This document shows, piece after piece, positions 19,122 through 30,700 of a stretch of 55,732 nt of DNA (position 1 is its first letter; each line of letters begins with the position of its first letter). The stretch is from a virus. Taxonomy: Duplodnaviria; Caudoviricetes. The DNA is taken from IMG/VR virus record IMGVR_UViG_3300020450_000030, positions 1 through 55,732 of that record; one strand, given 5' to 3'. The notes below the pieces were generated by a model that saw nothing but the letters and a program-made list of their open reading frames with translations, was not told the DNA's origin and searched no databases. The position numbers and the translations under genes are program-made.

Positions 19122-22100
19122 CTATTTTGATCGAACTATTGCAGAATACTCGATACTCTTAATTCTATAAGACGCACCGCCATTCCCATTAATAAGTTCT
19201 CCACCTAAAACTGCCTGTGCAGCAGCGTTAGCACCAGTAGTATCACTGGCATTATTTGTAAATGTCACTGTAGGATGTAAGGCATAAGTTCCATCCACAG
19301 TTTGTGGAATACCATAACCACCATTGTTTATAGTGATTGATGCAACTTGGTCTCCTTGGGGAGTCATAACCACGGTACCAGTTGCTTGTATATCACCTGT
19401 ATTTTCTATTGCTACAGTGGGAACTGCAGTATAGTTTGTACCAGGATTTGTTATAACAAAATCAACTATAGTATTCTTTTCTGAAAACTCATAAAGATAA
19501 CCTGCAATACCAACGTTGATATTATTAGTATTGAATGGTATAACATCCTTGACAGTTAGAACACCTGTTGAAGGTATCCAAGAAACAACAGTTGCTTGTA
19601 CACCAGACACAGAACCACTAACTATCTCATTAGTAGAGAAGTTCTGACCATTACCAGTTGTTTGATCTAATGTTATATTGATCAATGCAGTGTGTTCAAC
19701 ACCCTCTGATAATCCACCTGCAGTGGTGATTGTTGCAAACTTAAATGGTATATCTCCGTCTTTGATATTATCACCAACTTGGAATAGAGTTGTGTTAGTA
19801 CCACCTTGTGTTTCTTCAATACCATAAAGTGACTTGTAAATACCACCATCAAGTGCTATTTGGTTAGCATATGTGGTATTGGCATTACTTAAATCTGGTA
19901 TATCATCTCCTGCAGCAGTTGGTAAAATATCTTCAAAAGATTTATCCTGTAATACAGATAGTGGTTCTGTCAGTAAATCTATAGTAGAACCTGCAGTTGT
20001 AAGAATAACGTGTGGTAATACACCTGCAGCAGAACTATCTGCAACACCACCATCAAATTGTACAATGGCATCTTCAGTCGCTGCTCTACCACCATCAATA
20101 AATGCTAACTCATCAACCTCAAATGTGACTAATAATTCTCTTGTATTTGGATCCCAGTCATATACTTTAGCAACTTTATTATTCTGGTTCTCAACCTTCC
20201 TAATAACTCTATCACCTACAGCAAATTTGTAAAGTGATACACCATTAGCATCATTTTGACCAGGATCTAAAATAACTCTTTGATCATAATTAAAGTTTAC
20301 ACCACGAGTTAAACCAGTAAACCTACCTGCAGATTTAGAAGTATAACTTATTGTCTCTCTATTAAGAATAATTGATCCAGAACCAGGATATGCATCAGTA
20401 GAGTCAACATATATGTTTGTATCATTTGCGGTGACACTCTTGACTAACCCAGTCAAGAAAATTGCAGATGAGTTGAATGCCTGTCTCGCTCTTGTCTTTC
20501 GTTTTAATTGTACTAATTTAGTGAAGATTATATTAGGAGCAGATGTATATCCTGTGCCTGGTTCTGTAATATTAATACCTGTAATAGCACCTTGGAATAT
20601 ACTTGCTTCTGCCTTTGCACCAATACCTCCACCACCAGTGATGAGAATAAATGGAGGTTCTTGATAAAACTCACCTTCATTTACAATATTAATATTTGTG
20701 ACCTTACCTAGTTTATCAATCTCAGCAGCACCTTGTGCACCCTGTCCACCACCACCTTCAAAGATAAGTGTTGGGGGAGTAGCATAGTTTCTACCTGCAT
20801 TTAGTAGTGATAAACCTGTGATTGTTTGAACTACAGGACTACCCAAAGCACCAGTCCCTTGACCACCTAATATTCTTGCTTTTGCAGAACCAAAATAATT
20901 ATCTCCAAACTTAGTCATTTTAATATAATCAAGTTGACCTGCATTAGTTTCACTTAATATAACCTCTGCTTCTGCACCTTCTGGAAAATTAATTGCTAGA
21001 GGAGGAACTATATCATTTTCAAATAAAGGCACACCATAGAAAGTAGTTCCTATAGCATAAGGATATTGAGGATTGCCTGCAGCATCCTCTGTCATATAAT
21101 ATGCATAAGTTCCATTTGGATATTCTGGAGTAGTAGAAAATCTACCATTATGTCTATCTAATGTTCCTACAATCGCTAAGTATTTCCAATTACTAACAGT
21201 GCCACTTGTATGTGTAGGTGCTGATCCACCAGAACTAATTGCTGCTGTTGCTTCGTAAATATACCCTGCATTTCTTACAGTATCAAATTGAGCATAACTT
21301 GCACCTGCTGCCCATGAATCTGATTCATCAAAGATGTAATCATTTACAAGATCTCCTAACTGATATCCTCTATTAACTAATCTTAATCCTGCACCTGCAG
21401 TCACATACGCAAAAAGATATAAAAGACCAGGTGCATCTACAGGAATTGTTATACGTATTTCTCTTTGTGTGGTAGCAGCATTAAATAAACTTACGTAAGT
21501 TTGATATGGTCTTTGAGAACCATCAATCCAATACTCTACATTTTGTGTATAAAGAAAACTAGGATCTCCAACTAATCCTGCATGCCAACCATCATCTGTG
21601 GTAGAAAAGAATATATGATTAGAATTGGAATTAGAAGAATCTAATTGGTTAAAGATATATGTTTTACCTCTATCTAAAGTTAAGAAAGTAGGAGATGCTC
21701 CATCAAATAAAAATTTATTATTAGACATAGTCACATTATAAGTGACTGTGCCTGTAGTGGTCACCAAAGGTCTTGCACCTTGTAGTTCTGGAGTAGTTCT
21801 TAATCTATATCCTGTTCTTTCTCTTGCTATGGTATTACCAATCTTTCCAAAAGGTCCGTATATTGGATAACCATCAAATGACATACCAATAATTTTAGAG
21901 TGTCCATTCGTATGTCTTCCGTAATCTAGATTTCCACCTGATGCTGTGCCGAAGAAATTTTCGACATAGTAGGTATTCATGTTATCTTCTTCTTCTTCCT
22001 CAGAAGGGGTGTAAAGATACATGTATCCATAATCACCTTCAAAACCAGACATGTATCTGTGATATGGACAATGATAATAAATCCTATTATTTTCATCAGG

Positions 22101-23519
22101 ATTCATTATAAAGATTGGTTGGAAATTCTGTTCGTAATCAGTTGCCCATGCACCAGATGCACCTGTGCTATTATAATATATCGTTCCACCTGCACCAGGA
22201 TTTAAACTACCATCAGGTGTGGTGCTGAATCTCATTGGGTGTCCCTGTGTATGAACACTTGTTGGTTGGTTAGTTGCCCAATGTGGATTAATTACTGTAC
22301 CTGCAGGGTTTCTAAACTCTTTCTGCACCCAAATAATTAGATAATTCTTTTGTACTTTGATACCTTCTGGTGCAAAGTAGAAAACACCAGGTGTAAAAGG
22401 TCCGAACTCATGAGCATCAGGACCAAATTCAATGTAAAATATACCACCAGGAAACTTCCTTGGTGCACCGTTAACTCTAAATTGGAATCCATTAGATCCT
22501 AAACATAGATCATCTTGTACAAAATCATCACCTGTAAGTTGCCTTAAATATACTCTTGTGACTTCATTTTGACTATTACGAACTACCTTTGCTATTTCTC
22601 CTCTACCTGTACCACCAACTTCATCAACTATTCTACCAACTTCTACCTGTCCTAATGTCTCATCTACATTTTGAACATTGAGCATGACATTATCAAACTC
22701 ACATTTTATACTCCAATAAAATACTTCTTGCATTCCAAATTGGAATACACCATTTGTTAATGCAAATTCATCTATAGTCTTACTTGACTGATAATAATAA
22801 ATTTGATTATGTAATATACCATCATATTGATTTGTGTTTTTAACATAATCATATTTGACAAGATCAAGACCAAAGTTTACTGGTGTACCTCCTGCTTGTC
22901 CCCACTCAGGTGTATGTAAAAGACCACCATTTGCTAATATACCGAGTGCTTTATTTTCTTGTAAATCTCTAGTGTTAGGATTTGGAACATCCTTACCACC
23001 TCTGTAAATAAATTCTTGATTAAAATTTCTATCAATAATAACATCTGATCCACCAGGTTGTCTCTCTTGATCGTAAAGTTGAGATGGTTTTGGTGTATTG
23101 TCAGATACTATTGTAAGTCTATCTGTTTTCTTATTATTACTAAACGCAAAAGTTCCTTTTGTGACAGCGTTTTGTAATACATCTAATTGACTTGGATATG
23201 ATTGCCAAATTCTATTGATGTCAAAACTTGTGACTACATTAGGAGTTTCTTGTTCTGGAATTATTTGTACTCTTAATGGGTCATATCCTAAACCTCTATC
23301 AAGAACACGAACATGAACTATTTGACCTGAGTCTTCATCTATAATTGGATATAATAGTGCTTCTCTCGTAGGAGTTCCACATCCAGTCACAGTAAGTCTT
23401 GGAGGATCTGCAGGGTCATACCCAGATCCACCATTTATAACTCTTACTGCACGTACACCAAATACCTCGTCAAAAATAGGTTCAATGTCGGCACCAGTAC
23501 CAGGAACAGTTCTTGGCAT
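19122..23519 (-). CDS. Multidomain virion structural protein (YHYH-type domain, cupredoxin-like domains, CBM-like module, GxGY repeats)
   Basis: [17 protein letters not shown] and [22 protein letters not shown] (YHYH-type); GHPMRF...[10 protein letters not shown]; G(T/S)GY..P repeats; lies within the baseplate cluster. Confidence 0.8.
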   Translation of the reverse strand: MPRTVPGTGADIEPIFDEVFGVRAVRVINGGSGYDPADPPRLTVTGCGTPTREALLYPIIDEDSGQIVHVRVLDRGLGYDPLRVQIIPEQETPNVVTSFDINRIWQSYPSQLDVLQNAVTKGTFAFSNNKKTDRLTIVSDNTPKPSQLYDQERQPGGSDVIIDRNFNQEFIYRGGKDVPNPNTRDLQENKALGILANGGLLHTPEWGQAGGTPVNFGLDLVKYDYVKNTNQYDGILHNQIYYYQSSKTIDEFALTNGVFQFGMQEVFYWSIKCEFDNVMLNVQNVDETLGQVEVGRIVDEVGGTGRGEIAKVVRNSQNEVTRVYLRQLTGDDFVQDDLCLGSNGFQFRVNGAPRKFPGGIFYIEFGPDAHEFGPFTPGVFYFAPEGIKVQKNYLIIWVQKEFRNPAGTVINPHWATNQPTSVHTQGHPMRFSTTPDGSLNPGAGGTIYYNSTGASGAWATDYEQNFQPIFIMNPDENNRIYYHCPYHRYMSGFEGDYGYMYLYTPSEEEEEDNMNTYYVENFFGTASGGNLDYGRHTNGHSKIIGMSFDGYPIYGPFGKIGNTIARERTGYRLRTTPELQGARPLVTTTGTVTYNVTMSNNKFLFDGASPTFLTLDRGKTYIFNQLDSSNSNSNHIFFSTTDDGWHAGLVGDPSFLYTQNVEYWIDGSQRPYQTYVSLFNAATTQREIRITIPVDAPGLLYLFAYVTAGAGLRLVNRGYQLGDLVNDYIFDESDSWAAGASYAQFDTVRNAGYIYEATAAISSGGSAPTHTSGTVSNWKYLAIVGTLDRHNGRFSTTPEYPNGTYAYYMTEDAAGNPQYPYAIGTTFYGVPLFENDIVPPLAINFPEGAEAEVILSETNAGQLDYIKMTKFGDNYFGSAKARILGGQGTGALGSPVVQTITGLSLLNAGRNYATPPTLIFEGGGGQGAQGAAEIDKLGKVTNINIVNEGEFYQEPPFILITGGGGIGAKAEASIFQGAITGINITEPGTGYTSAPNIIFTKLVQLKRKTRARQAFNSSAIFLTGLVKSVTANDTNIYVDSTDAYPGSGSIILNRETISYTSKSAGRFTGLTRGVNFNYDQRVILDPGQNDANGVSLYKFAVGDRVIRKVENQNNKVAKVYDWDPNTRELLVTFEVDELAFIDGGRAATEDAIVQFDGGVADSSAAGVLPHVILTTAGSTIDLLTEPLSVLQDKSFEDILPTAAGDDIPDLSNANTTYANQIALDGGIYKSLYGIEETQGGTNTTLFQVGDNIKDGDIPFKFATITTAGGLSEGVEHTALINITLDQTTGNGQNFSTNEIVSGSVSGVQATVVSWIPSTGVLTVKDVIPFNTNNINVGIAGYLYEFSEKNTIVDFVITNPGTNYTAVPTVAIENTGDIQATGTVVMTPQGDQVASITINNGGYGIPQTVDGTYALHPTVTFTNNASDTTGANAAAQAVLGGELINGNGGASYRIKSIEYSAIVRSK

Positions 23520-24748
23520 TATTGTACAACGTTAATAGTTCCTTGCATCGCAGCATGGAGGGTACACTGATAATACAGCGTTGCAGGAGCATCTAGAGGA
23601 ACAGTCCAATATAATATTGTAGTTCCACTACCAGACTGACCTGCAGTGTATGGGGTTCCAGTCAAACCTTGAGAGGATTGTATTCTAAATGGGTGTCCAC
23701 CACCCTCAACAGTATTATCAAACGCATATGTAAAACCTCTATGTACATAAAGCGTTGGGTCTCTTACTTCACCATCAAGGCCAGGACCTGATATCAAATA
23801 ATCACTACTTGCATCTTCTACAGGTGCACCTAATTCATACCATATAATAGGACTTCTTGTGACCACCCATGAAGATCCATTATAGAATAGTGAATCACCT
23901 TGTGTAATACCCGAAGTATTTGTGTCAGTTAAAGCAGCTAGGGTGGTTGTTAAAGTTCCAGAAAAGTTGACAGTGACTGTGTCTCCTGCTACTGCAGTAG
24001 TAATATTTGTACCACCTGCAATAGTTAATGTATCTGTTTGACTATTGGCAGTTGTAGATCCAGAATCACCTGCGACTGTAGCAAACAAGTTGACAGCAGC
24101 AACACCTGCATTATCATCAGCAGGAACCCAGTTAGTTCCATTCCATTTTAAAGTTTGGTTTAAATTTGGTGCAGTAGTTGTGACATCAACGTTTGATAAG
24201 TCATTTATACCTGAGTACTCTGTTAATAATTTTGCTCTTGTATCTCCGACACCACCTGCAGTTATATTGATATTTACATATGGATTATCATCACCATCTA
24301 CTGTAAAAAAGTATCCACCATATGCTGAAGCAGCAGGGGCAGCAACAAGAGATGAATATTCATTTTTATATTTTACTGTGGTCGGTAAGTCCACCTCACC
24401 AGTAGAGCCATTGAAAGTGCTAGTGATGGAACCATGACCAATAGTAAGACTGCCAGTTCCGTTGGGAGCGATAGCAATGTTTCCATTACTTGAGGATACG
24501 ATAGAATTTCCATTTACATTAAGGGCGGCTGTAAGGTTTGAATAATCTGAGGGGATAAAAGATGATCCATCATAACGTAGTACCTGTCCTAAAGCAGGGT
24601 TTGTAGTATTTACAGTAAGTGTTGAACCATTTCCTAACGCAGTATACAATTCGTCAAAATTACCGTTAATTTTCGTACCACCAGCTCTCAGGGTATCACC
24701 TGTATTATCATTTGCAGCAGTTCCTAGATCTAGTGCTTGTTTTGCCAT
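23519..24748 (-). CDS. gp9/gp10-like baseplate-fibre connector with C-terminal cupredoxin-like domain
   Basis: N-terminal [35 protein letters not shown] (gp9/gp10 N-terminal type); C-terminal GHPF...[12 protein letters not shown]. Confidence 0.8.
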   Translation of the reverse strand: MAKQALDLGTAANDNTGDTLRAGGTKINGNFDELYTALGNGSTLTVNTTNPALGQVLRYDGSSFIPSDYSNLTAALNVNGNSIVSSSNGNIAIAPNGTGSLTIGHGSITSTFNGSTGEVDLPTTVKYKNEYSSLVAAPAASAYGGYFFTVDGDDNPYVNINITAGGVGDTRAKLLTEYSGINDLSNVDVTTTAPNLNQTLKWNGTNWVPADDNAGVAAVNLFATVAGDSGSTTANSQTDTLTIAGGTNITTAVAGDTVTVNFSGTLTTTLAALTDTNTSGITQGDSLFYNGSSWVVTRSPIIWYELGAPVEDASSDYLISGPGLDGEVRDPTLYVHRGFTYAFDNTVEGGGHPFRIQSSQGLTGTPYTAGQSGSGTTILYWTVPLDAPATLYYQCTLHAAMQGTINVVQ

Positions 24749-24773
24749 CTTTCTTAAGATTTTTTGCTAAAGT

Positions 24774-24781
24774 TATTTATG
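24774..24781 (-). promoter_or_regulatory. Late promoter (cATAAATA) overlapping the gp7 stop codon
   Basis: ATAAATA about 25 nt upstream of the ATG at 24748. Confidence 0.75.
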
Positions 24782-27700
24782 TGATTATCTCAGGGTCTAC
24801 AACCTCTTCACCATATTGACTTAAATCTGGTGCAACATAATCATCAGGCACAACAGTCTCGACTGCTATGTCTGGGTTTTGATATCCAGTACCTGTATTA
24901 CTCAAGGTCACTCCACCGACACCGACAAGTGCCTTAATATTACCTTCAAATCCAGATATAGAGTCAACCCTTACAGTTGGTCGTGTTGTATATCCAGAAC
25001 CTCCACTAGTGACCTGTACTTGTTTAATGAATCCAGTTGTCAATTGAGCAGTAGCGATTGCGTCTTGACCAAATACAGATCCAAGATAATCGAATGTGAT
25101 TAATGAGTTAGAAGATTCAATAACAGCAACTGTTCTATCTTCAGTCTCACCCTGTATTCTAATATCATCGCCTGGTTCTACAGGAGGTACAATTTCTGCA
25201 GCGTCTACGTCCGCTTCAGAACCAACGTATGAGAACGCAACGAATGTTGATCCTACACGAGGTATTTCTGAGAAGATAATTCTTGAACCAACGATCTCAA
25301 ATCCAATACCAGGTTCCTGTATAACACCATTCAATGAACAGATGATATTGTTCTCAGGTCTAATTGATGATGATTGTACACCATCAGTCAATGTCAATGA
25401 GTAGAATACATCATTACGTTTTAGGTTGAATGATTGACGTAATGAATCAAACTCAAATGATATATCATCTAATTGTCTAAGTTTACCAACGTAGAATCCT
25501 GTAAATGATGCTCCAAGATCAGGTGCTTCAGTAAACTGAATTTGATTAGAGAACGCTGTGTATGCGTTTGTAGCACCTGGTGGTTGTAGAATACCATTAA
25601 TGAATATTAGTAGATGTCCTGCAGGATCTGGTAGATAGGATGTACCATTGTTTTGAGATAAATCGAAGGTTGTTTGTACACCGTCAAATCCTTTGAATGA
25701 TCTCTTAACACGTGCCTTAAGATCACCCTTAGAAGAAATTACTGCCTTATAATTATCAATACTCTTAATAGCATCATTAATATCAAATACCCCTGCAACA
25801 TCACTTAGATATACTCTCTTAAGAGTTCCAACAGTCTTGATATCTTGAACAGTAGCAGATGCAGAACCTGCTTGAGTTATCTTAGTTGTTATTACTGCAT
25901 AACCTTGTGGGAAACTTCCTACTCCATAATCACCAATTTGATCACCATTAGTTAATGTTCCTTGGAACTCTATAGCGTATATAAAGTTATTAGCAATATC
26001 TACACCAGTTATTATTGCGTAAGTATTCAAATCTTGAACACCATTTGCAATCTTATAGAGTCTATTACCAACTTGGAATGTTGCAAGACTAGATATGATG
26101 CTAATACCAAGTCTAATATATCCAGTAGATGCTATTTTAGCACCAACTTTAAGTTCTAATCCATCATACTTAATAACATCAAGGAATTGTCTAGAACTCT
26201 CAGGATATACAACAGAATTAACTTCAAATGATCCTGTTAGAGTTGCAGTATCAACAGTCAATGTACCACCAGTATTATCTGTGACCGCAGCTTCATTCTT
26301 GAGGAATGATCCTGCAGGTTGTGCTGTCTCTCCAGATGTATAACCCTTGAATGGAATATTGTCTGTAAAGTCACCTTGTAAATCAATAATATGAATACGA
26401 CTTTCAATCGCACTTATCTGAGCAGTTGTTGAGTTATTTGAACCAACAATATTATCAGTAATTGCCCAAGGTCCTGCAGTTATTTTAACATCAAGATACT
26501 TGTAGTTTTCATCCTCAAAGAATCCATAAACCACACCATTTACAGAAGCATTACCTTGTTTCTGTACAGTCTCATTCATGGTATAAGGACCATCTGTTAT
26601 ATCACCATCAATTCTAAATCTTTGATATACCTGAACAACTTTTCCTGAATTTTCAAGTATAGATTCAATTTCACCATACACATTACTTGATAAACCATAA
26701 GCATAATCTGCATTGTTTATTCCACCAGAAAGACCAACAGGTAAGGATCTTACACCGAATAATTTAGTAGGAACCTTAATACCATTTTGAGATGTAATCT
26801 GTGTATAGTAAGTTCCTGTCTTAATCTGATTTCTAATAATATCTAAATTATATCTTATGATATGACCTATTGATTTAACATCATAATTTGCAGCATCAGA
26901 GGCACTATAATATGAGAAGAATCCTGCATTAGGTGAAGGAACTGTTAATGTATTATTAAGTGCTTGTTGCATGTATGTTTGAAGAGTGTTCAAAGCATAT
27001 TGCTTAATATTGTACTCATTATCAGAGAAGAATACTGTGCCATCTCCAGACTGATAAGGATCAAGTGCACTCTTAGTAAGTTTAACACCCCATACATAAA
27101 TTCCATCAGTGCCATTACCTGCATAGTTTTGAGAACCTGCAGCGTTGTTAATAATTATTTTATTAGATAGAGTTGTAAAACCGAAGGAGAATGTAGTTGT
27201 AATAAATGCTCTATACCATCCATTACCTAGAGGAACAACTCCTGCAGCATCGTTTGTTATACCACCTTGAGGTGTGAATACAGAACCAATAGTTCCTGTA
27301 GTTAAGTTAAGATCAAAGAAGATTCTTTGTACAGCAGATGTTCCCTCATCAAGTGCCATTTGGAAACGAACTGATGTATATCCACCTGCCTTTATAAACG
27401 CAGAGAATGTAAATGTCTGAGTTGCTGACGCTGATGCAGCACCAGTATCAAATGTCTCGTTAGTAGTGTCAAATTTAACTGTACCAGAGTCAAATGTTTC
27501 AAACGCAGTTAGACTGTGATCTCTATTGAGTGTATGTAGTGCAAGGTTGGTACTTGGTACAATTTTTTCAGAAGTAATTGTAAGATCAGGAGCAGCGATT
27601 GAGTTGTTTACAATGGTTGCTTCAGTTGGAGTCCAATCACTTGCTAGTGCTTCTGGATTAGTGAATAAGTTTATACCAGGAATTTGACCAGTGATATTAG

Positions 27701-30700
27701 ATGTTAGAGTTCTAGCATGTGCAATAGTTTGAACATTTGTTGGTTTATTATACCAATCATATGCACTACCAACTGCATTCACTACACCAACTGCTTTAGA
27801 TGTTCTACCAACAAGTGTATTACCATTACCCCATTGTGTTCCTACAAATGCTCCTATAACAAGGAAAGATGTATCTTCATTCCATTCTAATACTTCTGCG
27901 TATGCACCATTACTTGAGTGTATTACCTCACCTACTCTGAAATTACCTATGATACTTGTGAGTGTGACCTCGTATGCTGTTTGTTTATCAGTTAAATCGG
28001 TAGTGATAATATCATGAACTAAATCATCTGTAATATTGGTAAGGAAGTCATCATATGACCACTGACCAGTACCAAATTGTGTATTAACCTGCTGTGTAAT
28101 TTCCTCTTTATAGTAATTGTAGTTGTAAAGAATATGTTTAGCAGCACTTCTACCTGCAAGTTTAGCAGGTCCTAAGAAGTCAACTGCAATTTTAATTAAC
28201 TCTCTAAATCTAGTAATTACAGTAGATATACTGGTTGGTGTTTCTGTATCTCTATATGCAGTTTCATCAGTCTTTAATGCAGAATATCCAGTTGGTAAAG
28301 TAAATCCACTATTGAAATCATAAAGGATATTATTAAGTGCATGTTCCCCAATAACACCTACCTGTTCTATAGAATAGATAAATGCTCCCATTTCTTCTTC
28401 TACAGTTATTACTTGTAAGTTAGCATCTAGATATGTTTCTAGAGCAGTAATAGTGCTGTTTTGACCACCTGTTTGTAAATCAGATATAATAGCAATTAGT
28501 ATGTCAGAAAGATTACCTTGCCTCTGTACCTCAGTTCCATCTCCAGAACCAGGATAACTGTATGCATTATATGATACACCATTAAGTTCATATGTAAATT
28601 CTGTTGATGTTAGACCAGTTGATTCTTCTGCAATGTATTTTCTGTTAAAGTATAATCTATCTCCACCAATAGCAAAATCGTTATTGGTAGGTGCAATCAT
28701 ATCATTTATTGTTGTGATAAGATTGTCAACCTCAGTCTTAACACCATCAAAGTAATTAGCAACGCCATTACCAGTAATATCCCAATCACCTGTAATGATA
28801 TCGTTAGTGTTGTCATAAGTTAAATCTCCTGTGATTGCTTGTTTAATATAAATTGCAAGACGATCATGAGCAAAAATTGTTTGAACAACTTCTAAACGAA
28901 CTCGCCTTATCTCATTACTATTTCCAAGATAGAAACCTGCTGCCTCAACAGTTCTTGCATTACCACCATTCTCAATATCATTAGCGATTGCTTGTACAAG
29001 TGATGTTAAGTCAGTTTTCTTTTGTAATGTTCCTGCATCAGATAAACCATTATTATTACCTGGTAAATCTAGTACGAGATCAGGATAACGTTGTAGCATA
29101 TCAAATGCTGCCTTGTCAACAATAACACTAGCATTTTGACGAATTAGATATGCAGCATCTCTAAATCTGTATTGTCCATCTACATCAATTTGATTAGTGT
29201 AAATTAAATCAGATGTGCCATCATGATATGATACTGGGAATGGTATTTCTTTAAATCCATTAACTCTACCACCGACAAATTCAGCAGCAGGACTTACAGA
29301 TGTCACTGTAGCAAGATGATCTGTAGGAGATGCTAATATTGCATTACCTAAAGCATCTGTAAATATTGATACCAAGTTGGTCTGAGTAGTGATAACGTCA
29401 GAACAATCTGATAATGAGTAGAATACTTTAGTGACAGCATTTGCTGCAGATGTAGAGAATGTATGTGTATACTGATCATCTGCTTTAGATGCACCAACAT
29501 TTACAGTAAATGTATTTGTGGTATGTGCAGTAATTGGTAAAACTTGAGCAGATGCAGGGTCAGTAGATCTTGGATATGTATGAATTGTAGCATTACCATC
29601 TTTAGTACATGTAAATGATAATGAGTTATCTGAAATAATTACAGAATCTCCTGCAACATCAATTCCATTACTTGTAGCAGATACAAATGTATGTACGTAA
29701 TTACCACCTGTAGATACTCCATTAGCAAGTCCAGATACAAATTTATGTTCATAATTACCACCAGTTTGAACAAGTGCTCTCGTGATTCCATTAGTTGTAG
29801 CGGAAACAAATGTATGAGAGTAATTACCACCTGTTGTAATTGCATCTGCAGTAGCAGAAACAAATATGTGATTAGAAGTATTTGTGGAAGGAGTGCTTGC
29901 TAAGGTTTGAACAGTGATTGTATCATCAGTGACATCAGTGATTGTGACCGCAGTGTTGTAGTTAGGATCAGTTGTTCTGGGATATGAATGGTCTGTAGCA
30001 TAATCGTCTAGTGCACATCTGAAGGTTATTGAATTTGTTGCAATCTTAACTGCAGTTCCTCTTCTTAGATTATGACGACCTATAGTAAGTGTCATGAATC
30101 CTGTTGTAGGATTATACTCTGCATGTGTAGGTGTGAACTTTCTTAATGGAGATTTACCAACGTTGATACTTAGTTTATTATAATCAACATTGAATACTTC
30201 CATATACTTACCACTGATAGGATCAGTAGCACGAGGATATGCTTTATTAGAACTATTTCCATCCATTGAGCAACTAAATGTCACTGCACCATCTGCTAAT
30301 TTAATTCTTTCGTATTCTTTAATTTGATGTCCATGTTGTACAGCATTGGTTGATGCAGATACAAATGTATGAGCAGATAGATCTGATATTGGAGTTCCAT
30401 CTCCATTTACATTAACTGTAATTGTTGTCGCAGTTTCATCAGTGACTGTTAGATCATACTGGTAAGCATAGTCATTACTTTGTGCTCTTGGATATGTCTT
30501 CTGAGCAGTATTACCATCTAATGTACATGTAAATGTAATTGAGTTAGGTTGAATTCTTACTGTATCACCAACTTTCAAAGTATGTGATCCAATAGTCAAT
30601 ACCATATCACCTGTAGTAGGATTATATGTTGCGTTAGTTGGTGTGAAATTAGTAGTTGCAAATGTCAATTCCATAACACCAGTTGTTGCATCATAAGTTG

